Assembly: GCA_964461885.1 (NCBI GenBank)
Contig: CAYWVY010000002.1
Coordinates: forward strand, 5,107-29,106
Length of the DNA: 24,000 nucleotides
Reading direction: 5' to 3'
Origin: an uncultured Methanospirillum sp.
Lineage (GTDB): Archaea; Halobacteriota; Methanomicrobia; Methanomicrobiales; Methanospirillaceae
The notes beneath the pieces were generated by a model that did not search any database, was not told the DNA's origin, and saw nothing but the letters and a program-made list of their open reading frames with translations. Positions 8,318 to 16,030 of this stretch are shown in pieces. How positions within the stretch are numbered: the first letter of the stretch is position 1; each line of letters begins with the position of its first letter. Both the position numbers and the translations under genes were made by a program.

Positions 8318-10216
8318 CTAGACGGGTCGCATCCTGATCTCTTCGCCGTCCGTGTAGCGCTTTAGCATCTCCTGTGCGATCGTGCTGTTTCTTGCGAGGT
8401 GGATCTCGCCATTCTCGTTCACGGTCGCCGTGAAGAGGTACTCCTTGCCGGCGAAGACGTCGACGATCCGCCCGCTCTGGTCTGGAGCGATGATTGCCAG
8501 GTGGCGGCGGTCGGTCCGGATCCGGATCGCTCCGTCCCCGATCTCCTCGACGGCTTCGGACGGCGCCGGCACCTCTTCCGACCGTGCCCGGATGTCGATC
8601 CCGACGCCAATCCGGTTCACGATCGAGGCGACGTTCTTGCCCCCCTTACCGATCGCGGCCGGGACGTCCTTGTCATCGATATACACAACGGCCTTGGTGT
8701 CAGAGAGCATCCGGACCTCCACCAGACCGTCCGTGAACCGACCGATCTCCCGCTGCAGCTCCCGCTCGACCTGGCGTCCGCCATCCCGTTCCTCTGATGG
8801 GAGCGGCTGGGCGCGTTCGCGTGCCGTCTCCGTGCGCGCGCGCGCGCGCTCGGGAGCGGGCGTCGACACGGAGAGAGGGATGATCACGATCTCGCCGTCA
8901 TAGCGGAAGACCTCGAGCGCCGCACGCCCGGTAGCCGCATCGACCACGGTCACGATCGGCGTCACGGCCCCGTCGGCCGGGATCGACTCGGGTACCCTGA
9001 GCCCGAACTCGAGGTCGTAGATGTGCGCAATCTCACCCTCTTCGACGACCACGATCGTATCGACCACGCGCGGAAGCGTGCCGAAGTCGACCCGGCTCAG
9101 GAAGCGGAGCAGGGCTGCGTGGACGTCCTCCGCATGGAGCACGCCGATCATCCCGACGCCGGCCAGTCGCATGTCCGCGAAGACCCGGAAGTCCTCGGTG
9201 CGGCGGAGCTCGTCGTAGACCACGTAATCCGGCCGGAGCATCATCACCATCTCGGCCGTCGCTTCCATCCGCCCGTCGAGGGCTGTGTACTGCGAGATCA
9301 GGTCGGGCACCTGCATATCCCGCGGAGCCTCCATGGTCTTGACAATGACCCCGTTCTCCATGAGGAAGGTCGCGCAGTTCTGGGCGAGCGTGGTCTTACC
9401 GACCCCGGGTGCGCCTGCGATCAGGATACCGGACCTGCTGCCGCCGGCCAGCCGCTCCATGAGCCCGTCCGTGCCGGAGTAGTCATTGAGCGTGACATCG
9501 ACGACGGGCCGGACGGCCGTGATCTCCATGCCATCGACGAACGGGCGCCGGGCGATCGCGATCCGCATCGAACCGATCTGGAGGATCGTGATCCCGCGGC
9601 TCTCGTGCTCGATGAAGCCGTCGGGGTCGCGTTTCGCCCGCTCGAGGCACTCCTGGGCGAGGGCCGTCAGTTCGTGCTCATTCGAGGGCTGATCGCGGAT
9701 CTTCATCAGCCGCGCATCCCGGATCGTGCCTCGCTTGGCATATGGCGGCACCTGCTCCTTCAGGTAGACCGCGAGCGTCTGCTCGTCGAAGAACTGGTCG
9801 ATGCCGAGGGGACTGAACTCGCCGATCTCCGGGCGGAGGTACTGCACCTGGAGGCCCTTGGCGCGGCCGACCTCGCTCTGGACACGGTCGCTGGTCACGA
9901 AGATCGCGTCGTGCTCGTGCGCGGCTGCGCGGATCATTGCGTCGATCTCTCCGCCGGCCGCAAGCCGGACCTGGTCGAACGACGGCCGAACACCGACGAA
10001 CCGGACCGTGCAGAGGCCGTCCTGCGCCATCCGATCGAGTCGCTGAAGTTCTGCGAGACCTGAAAAACCGATCTCGCGCCCTCGGTTCGCCTGCGACTCG
10101 AGCTCGGCGACCACGGCTTCGGGGATGATGACTTCGGCGTCCGGACAGTCACCCTGCGTTATGAGGGAGGTGATGCGTCCGTCTATGATGACGCTCGTAT
10201 CGGGGACCAGTCTCAT
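8318..10216 (-). CDS. PIN-domain / PilT-like ATPase / KH-domain protein (widely conserved archaeal family, function unknown)
   Basis: N-terminal PIN ([14 protein letters not shown]). Walker [11 protein letters not shown]-terminal KH with GXXG ([12 protein letters not shown]). An Arg/Glu-rich linker lies between the ATPase and KH domains. Confidence 0.85.
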   Translation of the reverse strand: MRLVPDTSVIIDGRITSLITQGDCPDAEVIIPEAVVAELESQANRGREIGFSGLAELQRLDRMAQDGLCTVRFVGVRPSFDQVRLAAGGEIDAMIRAAAHEHDAIFVTSDRVQSEVGRAKGLQVQYLRPEIGEFSPLGIDQFFDEQTLAVYLKEQVPPYAKRGTIRDARLMKIRDQPSNEHELTALAQECLERAKRDPDGFIEHESRGITILQIGSMRIAIARRPFVDGMEITAVRPVVDVTLNDYSGTDGLMERLAGGSRSGILIAGAPGVGKTTLAQNCATFLMENGVIVKTMEAPRDMQVPDLISQYTALDGRMEATAEMVMMLRPDYVVYDELRRTEDFRVFADMRLAGVGMIGVLHAEDVHAALLRFLSRVDFGTLPRVVDTIVVVEEGEIAHIYDLEFGLRVPESIPADGAVTPIVTVVDAATGRAALEVFRYDGEIVIIPLSVSTPAPERARARTETARERAQPLPSEERDGGRQVERELQREIGRFTDGLVEVRMLSDTKAVVYIDDKDVPAAIGKGGKNVASIVNRIGVGIDIRARSEEVPAPSEAVEEIGDGAIRIRTDRRHLAIIAPDQSGRIVDVFAGKEYLFTATVNENGEIHLARNSTIAQEMLKRYTDGEEIRMRPV

Positions 10217-10243
10217 TAAAAAACCACCACAACAGATCGGGCA

Positions 10244-10609
10244 TCACGCCTTATTAGCATATACCTCGGCGGGATCGACGATACGTTCGCCGATGACGTC
10301 GCCATCGATTGTCCGGTAAAAGCAGGTCCGGTGACCCGTATGGCAGGCAGCCCCGGTCTGATCGACCCGGTAGAGAAGGCAGTCTTCGTCGCAGTCGACG
10401 AGAATCTCGTGGACGCGCTGGAGATGGCCCGACTCCTCGCCCTTCTTCCAGAGCCGCTGGCGCGATCGGCTATAGTAATGGGCGAAACCGGTCTCACGGG
10501 TAAGCCGGACGGCTTCATCGTTCGCGTACGCGACCATCAGTACATCTCGAGTTCCGGCGTCCTGAACGACAACCGGAACCAGTCCGTTGCTGTATCTAAT
10601 CTCAAGCAC
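10244..10609 (-). CDS. hisI: Phosphoribosyl-AMP cyclohydrolase
   Basis: LVPVVVQD...[15 protein letters not shown]...[28 protein letters not shown] prefer the in-frame GTG at 10609, preceded by GGAGGATGA, because the ATG at 10660 would overlap the upstream gene by 47 nt. The 5' end is uncertain. Confidence 0.88.
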   Translation of the reverse strand: MLEIRYSNGLVPVVVQDAGTRDVLMVAYANDEAVRLTRETGFAHYYSRSRQRLWKKGEESGHLQRVHEILVDCDEDCLLYRVDQTGAACHTGHRTCFYRTIDGDVIGERIVDPAEVYANKA

Positions 10610-10613
10610 AGGA

Positions 10614-11405
10614 TCATCCTCCCCGTAGAATGGTGAGCAGGTAGAAGAGCGTGTCTCCAACGACCAGGGTCGCGAAGAATCCGGCAGTGAGCGGGACGAT
10701 GAACGGGACGCCGACCGCGATCCAGACCGGGGACGCCCGCCGAACCAGAGCGAGCTCCGCCGGGAACCGCTCCGGCTCGACGCGGAGCTCGCGTGTGTAA
10801 AGACGGGTGTCCCCGAGCATTGCCGCGATCGACTCGCCGATGGTGAAAAAGCGGCGTTGAATCATCCCCCCCTCCTCCGAGAGTTCCTCCATCAGGAAAC
10901 CGAAGGCGCGACCCTCGCTGATCTCCGCTGCCGTGACCGGGTATCCCCGGAGTCGCGCGGGCAGGGGCCCTTCGACCCCCCGGCGCCAGTTTCGAAAGAC
11001 GAGGGCGAGCGGGACGAGCAGGGCTGCAATTTCGGCGTGGACGAGGAGCGGGAGCGCGAAGAAACCCGGCGCGACGTCTCCGAGGAGGGGCGTCGCCGGA
11101 AAGGCGGGGAGGAGCAGGGTGATGAAGACGAGCGCCCATGCATCGGCTCCACCGATCAGGCCGAGTCGGCCGAAGAGATAAAAGGCGGCCGCAAAGATCG
11201 CCGAGAAGACGACGAGCGCATACATGCTCGACGGACTCTCGGCGAAGAGGGACGCATAGAACCAGAGCGTACACGGCGCCCCGATCGCCAGCATGGGGTA
11301 CCACGTCGAGAATGGGACTCGCCGCGACCGCAGGTCGAGCATCGAGGCGTAGACGAGGGTGACGCCGATCGCGGCCGCACCGATCACGAGCGGGTTGAAC
11401 GCCAT
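10614..11405 (-). CDS. A24-family aspartic peptidase (preflagellin/prepilin peptidase, FlaK/EppA-like)
   Basis: Polytopic membrane protein with the two catalytic Asp contexts [10 protein letters not shown] and [10 protein letters not shown] soluble insert of about 90 aa (RNWRRG...LALVRR) lies between TM blocks, as in FlaK. Confidence 0.8.
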   Translation of the reverse strand: MAFNPLVIGAAAIGVTLVYASMLDLRSRRVPFSTWYPMLAIGAPCTLWFYASLFAESPSSMYALVVFSAIFAAAFYLFGRLGLIGGADAWALVFITLLLPAFPATPLLGDVAPGFFALPLLVHAEIAALLVPLALVFRNWRRGVEGPLPARLRGYPVTAAEISEGRAFGFLMEELSEEGGMIQRRFFTIGESIAAMLGDTRLYTRELRVEPERFPAELALVRRASPVWIAVGVPFIVPLTAGFFATLVVGDTLFYLLTILRGG

Positions 11406-11456
11406 GGGCGCGTACCGGTTCGTGCGAGAAAGGGATATGCCTGACGTTTTACATTG

Positions 11457-11464
11457 AAAAAAAA
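11457..11464 (-). terminator. Oligo-T (T8) archaeal-type terminator after the beta-helix/CBM gene
   Basis: An A8 run on the + strand lies 5 nt beyond the stop codon of the minus-strand gene. Confidence 0.5.
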
Positions 11465-11468
11465 CGGG

Positions 11469-12809
11469 TCAGGAGATCCGGAACCAGTCCATGTCCTGGG
11501 TCCCGTACGAGAAGATCTTCAGGGTGTGCGTCCCCTTGGAGAGACGGATCTGGTATCCGCGGGTCACGGTGAAGGAGTCGTACGAGTTCGTTTTCGGCAC
11601 CCAGACCGTGACGCTGTTCTTCGGGTGGCACTCGTCGATCACCTTGAAGCGCTGCCCGACGCTCGGCGAGGAGGCGCGGGCCTTTATCGTGTAAAGACCG
11701 TCCCGCGGGACCTCCACCGTGTAGCGGAGCCACTCGCGGTATCGGGTGCCGGTCAGGTGGAAGCCGCCGTCCTCCGCGTTCCGCTCGATCGCTATCGTCC
11801 CGGAGCGGCAGAGTGTGTTGGCGACCGGTGCCGGGGTGAAATAGCCGACGCCGGGTCCGCCGAGGTCGAAGTCCTCGAACTGGATCGTACACGGGAGAGT
11901 GTGAGCGGCATACGCCCGCGAAATACCGGCGGGTTTCGGCGTCGCGTCATCGGCATCGGGAGTCGTGTTCGCCGCCGGCGCTTTGGTCCCGGGCTGCGCT
12001 GCGAGCGGCAGGTTGTCGACATTGCCCGGCTCGAGGGTGTACGGCTTCGTGATGAAGCCGTCACTCTGGGGGTTCGTCTCGGAGAGGCCGGTGCCGTCGG
12101 GAGCAAGCCAGCAGTTCCCGCCGATCGCCGGACCCCCCACGATATTCGTACCGGCGCGCCTGGGCACGTTCCAGGCGTTGGCCGGCGTGCCGCCCCTGAT
12201 GAATACGGCGTTCTTCTCGTTCTTGAACAGGTTGTTCGAGAAGGTGTTGCCGGCCGAGCCGTAGAGCGAGATCCCCGCCAGGTCGTTGCCGGTGATCCGG
12301 CAGCCGGAGATCGTGTTCCTCGTCGAGCCGGTCAGGACCACGCCGTAGCTGTTCGCGGCGAAGCGCGAGTTCACGATTGCCGAGTCTGAGGACGGGTTCA
12401 GGGCGGTGCCGAAGTAGTTCCCCGTTGCCGTGCACCCTGCAATCTCCACGTCCTTCGCTCCCCAGACGTAGATGCCGTAGAACCAGCCCTCCGTGACGAG
12501 GTTCCGGATGTGGACGTTCGAGAGCGGGCCGGAGCCGTGGACCAGGACGCCGGCAGAGTTCGCCGCGTCCACACCGCGAATGCGGTGGCCCTTTCCGTCG
12601 AAGACGACGTTGTCGCATCGGATCTCGATGCAGACGGGAGCCTTCACATCGAGAATATCCTTGGTCAGTTCGTAGCTCCCGGGCTTGTCGATAACCACGG
12701 AGCCTGTCACGGCTATCGCAGAACCGATCCCGACTGTGCACCCGATGAGGAGCAGTCCGAAGATCAGCCAGCGTGCGAGACCCATCCCTTCATAATCGGA
12801 GTAGAGCAT
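11469..12809 (-). CDS. Secreted or anchored right-handed beta-helix (PbH1/NosD-like) protein with C-terminal CBM6/35-like carbohydrate-binding module
   Basis: N-terminal hydrophobic signal with LIGC. Repeated beta-helix turns (NVHIRNLV.., IAGCTATGN.., IVNSRFAAN.., ISGCRITGN.., FSNNLF..). A Pro/Thr/Ala linker. C-terminal IQFEDFDLGGPGVGY...WLRYTVEVPRDGLYTIKARAS...DMDWFRIS. Confidence 0.8.
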   Translation of the reverse strand: MLYSDYEGMGLARWLIFGLLLIGCTVGIGSAIAVTGSVVIDKPGSYELTKDILDVKAPVCIEIRCDNVVFDGKGHRIRGVDAANSAGVLVHGSGPLSNVHIRNLVTEGWFYGIYVWGAKDVEIAGCTATGNYFGTALNPSSDSAIVNSRFAANSYGVVLTGSTRNTISGCRITGNDLAGISLYGSAGNTFSNNLFKNEKNAVFIRGGTPANAWNVPRRAGTNIVGGPAIGGNCWLAPDGTGLSETNPQSDGFITKPYTLEPGNVDNLPLAAQPGTKAPAANTTPDADDATPKPAGISRAYAAHTLPCTIQFEDFDLGGPGVGYFTPAPVANTLCRSGTIAIERNAEDGGFHLTGTRYREWLRYTVEVPRDGLYTIKARASSPSVGQRFKVIDECHPKNSVTVWVPKTNSYDSFTVTRGYQIRLSKGTHTLKIFSYGTQDMDWFRIS

Positions 12810-12820
12810 CGTCCACCACG

Positions 12821-12885
12821 TGCGTTAATAGACGCGGTCCGGGGAGGCGTGGAGCCCTGGGTGGACCGCAGATATGATTAACGCA
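12821..12885. repeat. Nested inverted repeat / extended hairpin upstream of the beta-helix/CBM gene
   Basis: TGCGTTAAT (12821-12829) is the perfect complement of ATTAACGCA (12877-12885). GCGGTCC (12834-12840) pairs with GGACCGC (12863-12869). GGG (12842-12844) pairs with CCC (12855-12857). I checked every pair base by base. Confidence 0.7.
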
Positions 12886-12946
12886 TCTCAAGGTGTGCTA
12901 TCTGCCTTAATGAGCGTTGCGTTTTTTTCCGGATGCACACGATTCG

Positions 12947-12982
12947 AAAAAACGAAAAAATGACAGTATTTTCCGGAAAAAA
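12947..12982 (-). terminator. Three T6 runs after the DUF447 gene (end of the marker-9 / CitG-like / DUF447 operon)
   Basis: A6 runs lie at 12947-12952, 12955-12960 and 12977-12982 on the + strand, within 60 nt of the minus-strand stop. Confidence 0.5.
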
Positions 12983-13003
12983 TCGCGATTCGCCGGTTAT
13001 TCC

Positions 13004-13564
13004 TCAATCCGAGCCCGAACCGATGTAACCCTCGAGCAGCTCAAGGGCCTCGAGCTCGTCCGGCCCCCCGCATTTACGGACAATCGCGGCATGGTGCTCG
13101 ATCAGCCGACCGAGCCGCGGGTCGCGGCTGCACCTGTACCGGGTCGCGTGGACCGTCGCCTCGATCATGGCGCACCGGCCCCTGTTCACGGGAATGCAAC
13201 GGGGTTCAATGACCTCCTCCTGTACCACGGTGAGCCCGATCCGCAGGGCATCGGGGGTTTCGCGCAGCACCTCAACACGGCACGCGGCATAACCCTCGGC
13301 AGCGGCGAGCCGATCCCAGTCGAGACCGGGGATCCGAACAAACGCATCGGTCGGCAGGTCGTCGAACGCAGTCCGCACGAAGAAAATGGGGTCGTGGACC
13401 ACGTTCGCGACGAGCCACCCATCGCGCACCGCGTTCGCCGCGGTGTGGGACCCGCGGTAGAGGACCGCCCAGAGCACCGTTCCGTCCCGGTGGATGCCGA
13501 TCGGAGCCGCGTTCTGCCGTGTGGTCGCGATCACCTCATTGATCCCCGCACCTAGGAGTCCCAT
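13004..13564 (-). CDS. DUF447-family protein (methanopterin-pathway-associated, reaction unknown)
   Basis: GINEVIATTRQNAAPIGI is the characteristic N-terminal motif. The start is set at ATG 13564 (MGLLGAGINE...), which overlaps the upstream gene by 13 nt. The longer track ORF start lies inside that gene. Confidence 0.75.
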   Translation of the reverse strand: MGLLGAGINEVIATTRQNAAPIGIHRDGTVLWAVLYRGSHTAANAVRDGWLVANVVHDPIFFVRTAFDDLPTDAFVRIPGLDWDRLAAAEGYAACRVEVLRETPDALRIGLTVVQEEVIEPRCIPVNRGRCAMIEATVHATRYRCSRDPRLGRLIEHHAAIVRKCGGPDELEALELLEGYIGSGSD

Positions 13565-14385
13565 GCCCACCCCCTGCCGAGCGCAAGAAAGATCGCGCCG
13601 ATAGTGATATCCGCGAGCGAACCGGGGTTGACCCCCTGCGCAATGCACCAGGCATCGAACGTCTCCACGGTGTCCTCGCCCCGGATGACCGCGGCAGCCC
13701 GGACCCGGGTCTCATCGGCCAGCGCCGTGCCATGCTTCTTCACGATGAAGGTATCCGGCTCGGTCGCGAGCAAAGAGAGGAAGACCCGCCGGATCGCGGT
13801 CCGCGGCTCGGCGTCGGCGAGCAGGGCGTCGCCGGCACGCCTGCAGAGCGCGAAGTCGTTCGTCCATTCGCGCGCGACCATATCGCGCGGGGCGGAGTGG
13901 GTCATCACGTCGAGCAGGGTCATGCCCCGGGCGCGGAGCATGTCCGCCGCCCTGGGATCGTTCACGTCGAGCTCGTCCGTGGCAGCCACACGGACCCGCG
14001 TCAGCGCGAACGCGCGGTAGAAGGCGACCGCGTCCTCAACCGTCGTCGCGCGGACCGCCTCGCTCGCACCTGCGGGCGTCCCGCCGTAGACGAGCGGGAC
14101 GAGCAGGAGGAAGGCGCCGAAGTGCGTGTTGCCACCGGCGTGGCAGGCCGTCGCGCCGACGGCTTTCTCGATCAGGGAACCGAGGCCGGCAACCCGGCTC
14201 TCAGCCGCCTCCAGTGCCGGGCGGGCCGCGAGCGCGGAGACGATGAAGTGCTCGAGCCGGGTCTCCGCGTAGTCGTGGCAGCGGTCCACGTTGCCCGGCT
14301 TGGGCGAGGCGAGCACCTCGAGCGCCATCGCGAGCTGGGCTCGGTCAGCACCCGACGACGGAAAGGTGCAGCCGGGCAGGGGCAT
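13552..14385 (-). CDS. CitG/MdcB-like triphosphoribosyl-dephospho-CoA synthase family protein
   Basis: This is the C-terminal 277 aa of the 531-aa track ORF. The motif ACHAGGNTHFGAFLLLVPL matches the family. ATG 14385 (MPLPGC...) lies 5 nt after the upstream stop. The N-terminal 250 aa of the track ORF is Arg/Gly/Pro junk overlapping the real upstream gene. Confidence 0.8.
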   Translation of the reverse strand: MPLPGCTFPSSGADRAQLAMALEVLASPKPGNVDRCHDYAETRLEHFIVSALAARPALEAAESRVAGLGSLIEKAVGATACHAGGNTHFGAFLLLVPLVYGGTPAGASEAVRATTVEDAVAFYRAFALTRVRVAATDELDVNDPRAADMLRARGMTLLDVMTHSAPRDMVAREWTNDFALCRRAGDALLADAEPRTAIRRVFLSLLATEPDTFIVKKHGTALADETRVRAAAVIRGEDTVETFDAWCIAQGVNPGSLADITIGAIFLALGRGWAWDS

Positions 14386-14390
14386 GATCT

Positions 14391-15518
14391 TCAGGCCGTC
14401 CCGGGCGGCGCGGCGAAGACCTCGCGCAAGATCTCCTGTGAGAGGCGCCGCTTGGCCTGCATGTACTCCTTCTTCGACACTCCGGTCTGCGCGAGGGTCA
14501 TGTCGCGGAACATGCAGGGGGATGAGGCCTTGCAGCACCAGGCGAGCGAGCCGAAACAGGTCTGGCCCCCGCCCTCGAGAACGGTGCCCCGGACCGCGTC
14601 CTGCTTGAGCGCGATGTACCGGTCGCGGGTCAGGCCGATCTTCTCGAGGGTCGGGATCAGCGGGCACGACTTGACCGGCATGCAGCAGAACGCGAGTGAA
14701 CGGACGTCGCCACCGCGGCAGAGCTGCTTGGGTGAGTTGTACCATCCCTGGTCGTCCGCGTACCGCGCGATTGCGGCATCGAGCCCGGCAAGAGTCCGCT
14801 CGTTCGCCCCCCGCGCGAGCGAGACCATGTCGGCCCCGTGCGAGAGCATCTCGCGCATGCGGTCGAAGGTGGTGATCGAGTTGTTCGCGATCAGGGTCAG
14901 GGGAACCGAATTCCGGAGCTCGCGGATCTTCGGATACCCGAGGTCCATCAGGTCCACGTGCAGGATCTCGGCACCGGCTGACCAGCACCGCCGCGCGATC
15001 TCCCGGTCGTCGCCGACCCCGGCCCGGAATTTGACCGAGACCGAAACCCCTTCTGCCGCGAGCGCCCGAACCGTCTCTTCGAGCTGATCCGGGGAGTGAA
15101 CCAGAGCTTCGCCGGCGCCGGCCCCGACCATCTCGGGCTGACGGCAATGAGCGTCGATCTCGTAGACCACGGACGGGCCGATTGACCGGGCCACATCCAC
15201 GAAGCCCCGGGGACTTGCGGCGCGGAGGTTCAGGCCGACCACGATCCCGCTCCCCTCCAGTGCATTGACTTCGTGTTCTAGCGCGCCGATCGGGTCGTCA
15301 AAGACGAACTCGTCCCGGCCCCGCCCGGCCATCGCACGGGCCGCGGCGATCGTGGGCTCATCGACTGCGTAGCCGCCGAGGAACGCAGCACCGGCATGGG
15401 CCGCACGGGAGCGCGCATACGCCGCGTCGACCACGCCGGCCATCGAGGCGAGCGCGATCGGTGTCCGCACCGGCGTACCGTTGATATGGAGCGCGAAACG
15501 CTCCTCCTCGTCCGCCAT
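14391..15518 (-). CDS. Dus/dihydroorotate-dehydrogenase-like FMN TIM-barrel protein fused to the 8-Cys methanogenesis marker domain 9
   Basis: Barrel motifs TPIALASMAG, EIDAHCRQPEM, VSVKFRAG. The C-terminal domain carries CRGGDVRSLAFCCMPVKSC and CFGSLAWCCKASSPC (8 Cys). The start is set at ATG 15518 (MADEEERFALHING...). Confidence 0.75.
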   Translation of the reverse strand: MADEEERFALHINGTPVRTPIALASMAGVVDAAYARSRAAHAGAAFLGGYAVDEPTIAAARAMAGRGRDEFVFDDPIGALEHEVNALEGSGIVVGLNLRAASPRGFVDVARSIGPSVVYEIDAHCRQPEMVGAGAGEALVHSPDQLEETVRALAAEGVSVSVKFRAGVGDDREIARRCWSAGAEILHVDLMDLGYPKIRELRNSVPLTLIANNSITTFDRMREMLSHGADMVSLARGANERTLAGLDAAIARYADDQGWYNSPKQLCRGGDVRSLAFCCMPVKSCPLIPTLEKIGLTRDRYIALKQDAVRGTVLEGGGQTCFGSLAWCCKASSPCMFRDMTLAQTGVSKKEYMQAKRRLSQEILREVFAAPPGTA

Positions 15519-15582
15519 TGAGGTATACAGATCGTGCCTCGCGGCAGATAGGGTTTTGGGAGCCGTCGCAGGACGGCCGCGG

Positions 15583-15589
15583 TAATATT
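15583..15589 (+). promoter_or_regulatory. TATA-like TAATATT upstream of cfbA
   Basis: It lies 32-38 nt upstream of the cfbA ATG in the 102-bp divergent spacer. Confidence 0.4.
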
Positions 15590-15620
15590 CTTGTAGAGCC
15601 GACGTTGTACTCTGTACTAC

Positions 15621-16022
15621 ATGAGCAGGTATGGCATGCTCCTCGTGGGCCACGGATCAAAACTTCCCTACAACAAGGAACTGATCATCGAGACGGGGCG
15701 CATGATCCAGGAACGCTCCGACGCGTTCTCGGTCCGGTGCGGCTTCATGTCCATGAACGAGCCGTCCGTAACCGATCAACTCGAGGCCTTCCGCCAGGAA
15801 GAGATCGACGCGCTCGTGATCGTCCCGCTCTTCCTTGCCCGGGGGATCCACATCGAGAAGGACATTCCCGCGCTGCTCGGTCTGGCCGAAGGGCAGAAGA
15901 CGGGGACGTTCGGCGTCAACGGCGGCTCGATCCCGCTCGTCTACGCCGACCCGATCGGGATCGACCCGCTCCTCGCCGAGCTGATGCTCAAGAACGCCAC
16001 GAACGCGCTGTCACTTCTCTAG
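15621..16022 (+). CDS. cfbA: Small CbiX-type chelatase; in this context sirohydrochlorin nickelochelatase
   Basis: About 133 aa, with LLVGHGSKLPYN and ALVIVPLFLARGIH motifs of the short CbiX class. It is the first gene of a cfb-type cluster. An alternative start lies 5 codons in (MLLVGHGS). Confidence 0.85.
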   Translation: MSRYGMLLVGHGSKLPYNKELIIETGRMIQERSDAFSVRCGFMSMNEPSVTDQLEAFRQEEIDALVIVPLFLARGIHIEKDIPALLGLAEGQKTGTFGVNGGSIPLVYADPIGIDPLLAELMLKNATNALSLL

Positions 16023-16030
16023 CGGGCTGC

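Noticed and set aside
11469-12809. Beta-helix/CBM protein as a class III (pilin-like) substrate of the adjacent A24 peptidase
   Set aside because: The N-terminus lacks the [KR]-[GA] cleavage context before the hydrophobic stretch. It looks like a Sec or lipobox signal instead.
12870-12925. C/D-box sRNA in the AT-rich spacer
   Set aside because: Only degenerate matches occur (ATGATTA, AATGAGC, CTGC). There is no proper RUGAUGA/CUGA pair with terminal stems on either strand.
13552-15147. 531-aa version of the CitG-like ORF, and the 214-aa version of the DUF447 ORF (to 13648)
   Set aside because: The N-terminal extensions overlap the real upstream genes and are Arg/Gly/Pro-rich. Internal ATGs placed 5 nt after the upstream stop (14385), or overlapping the upstream gene's 3' end by 13 nt (13564), give family-typical lengths.
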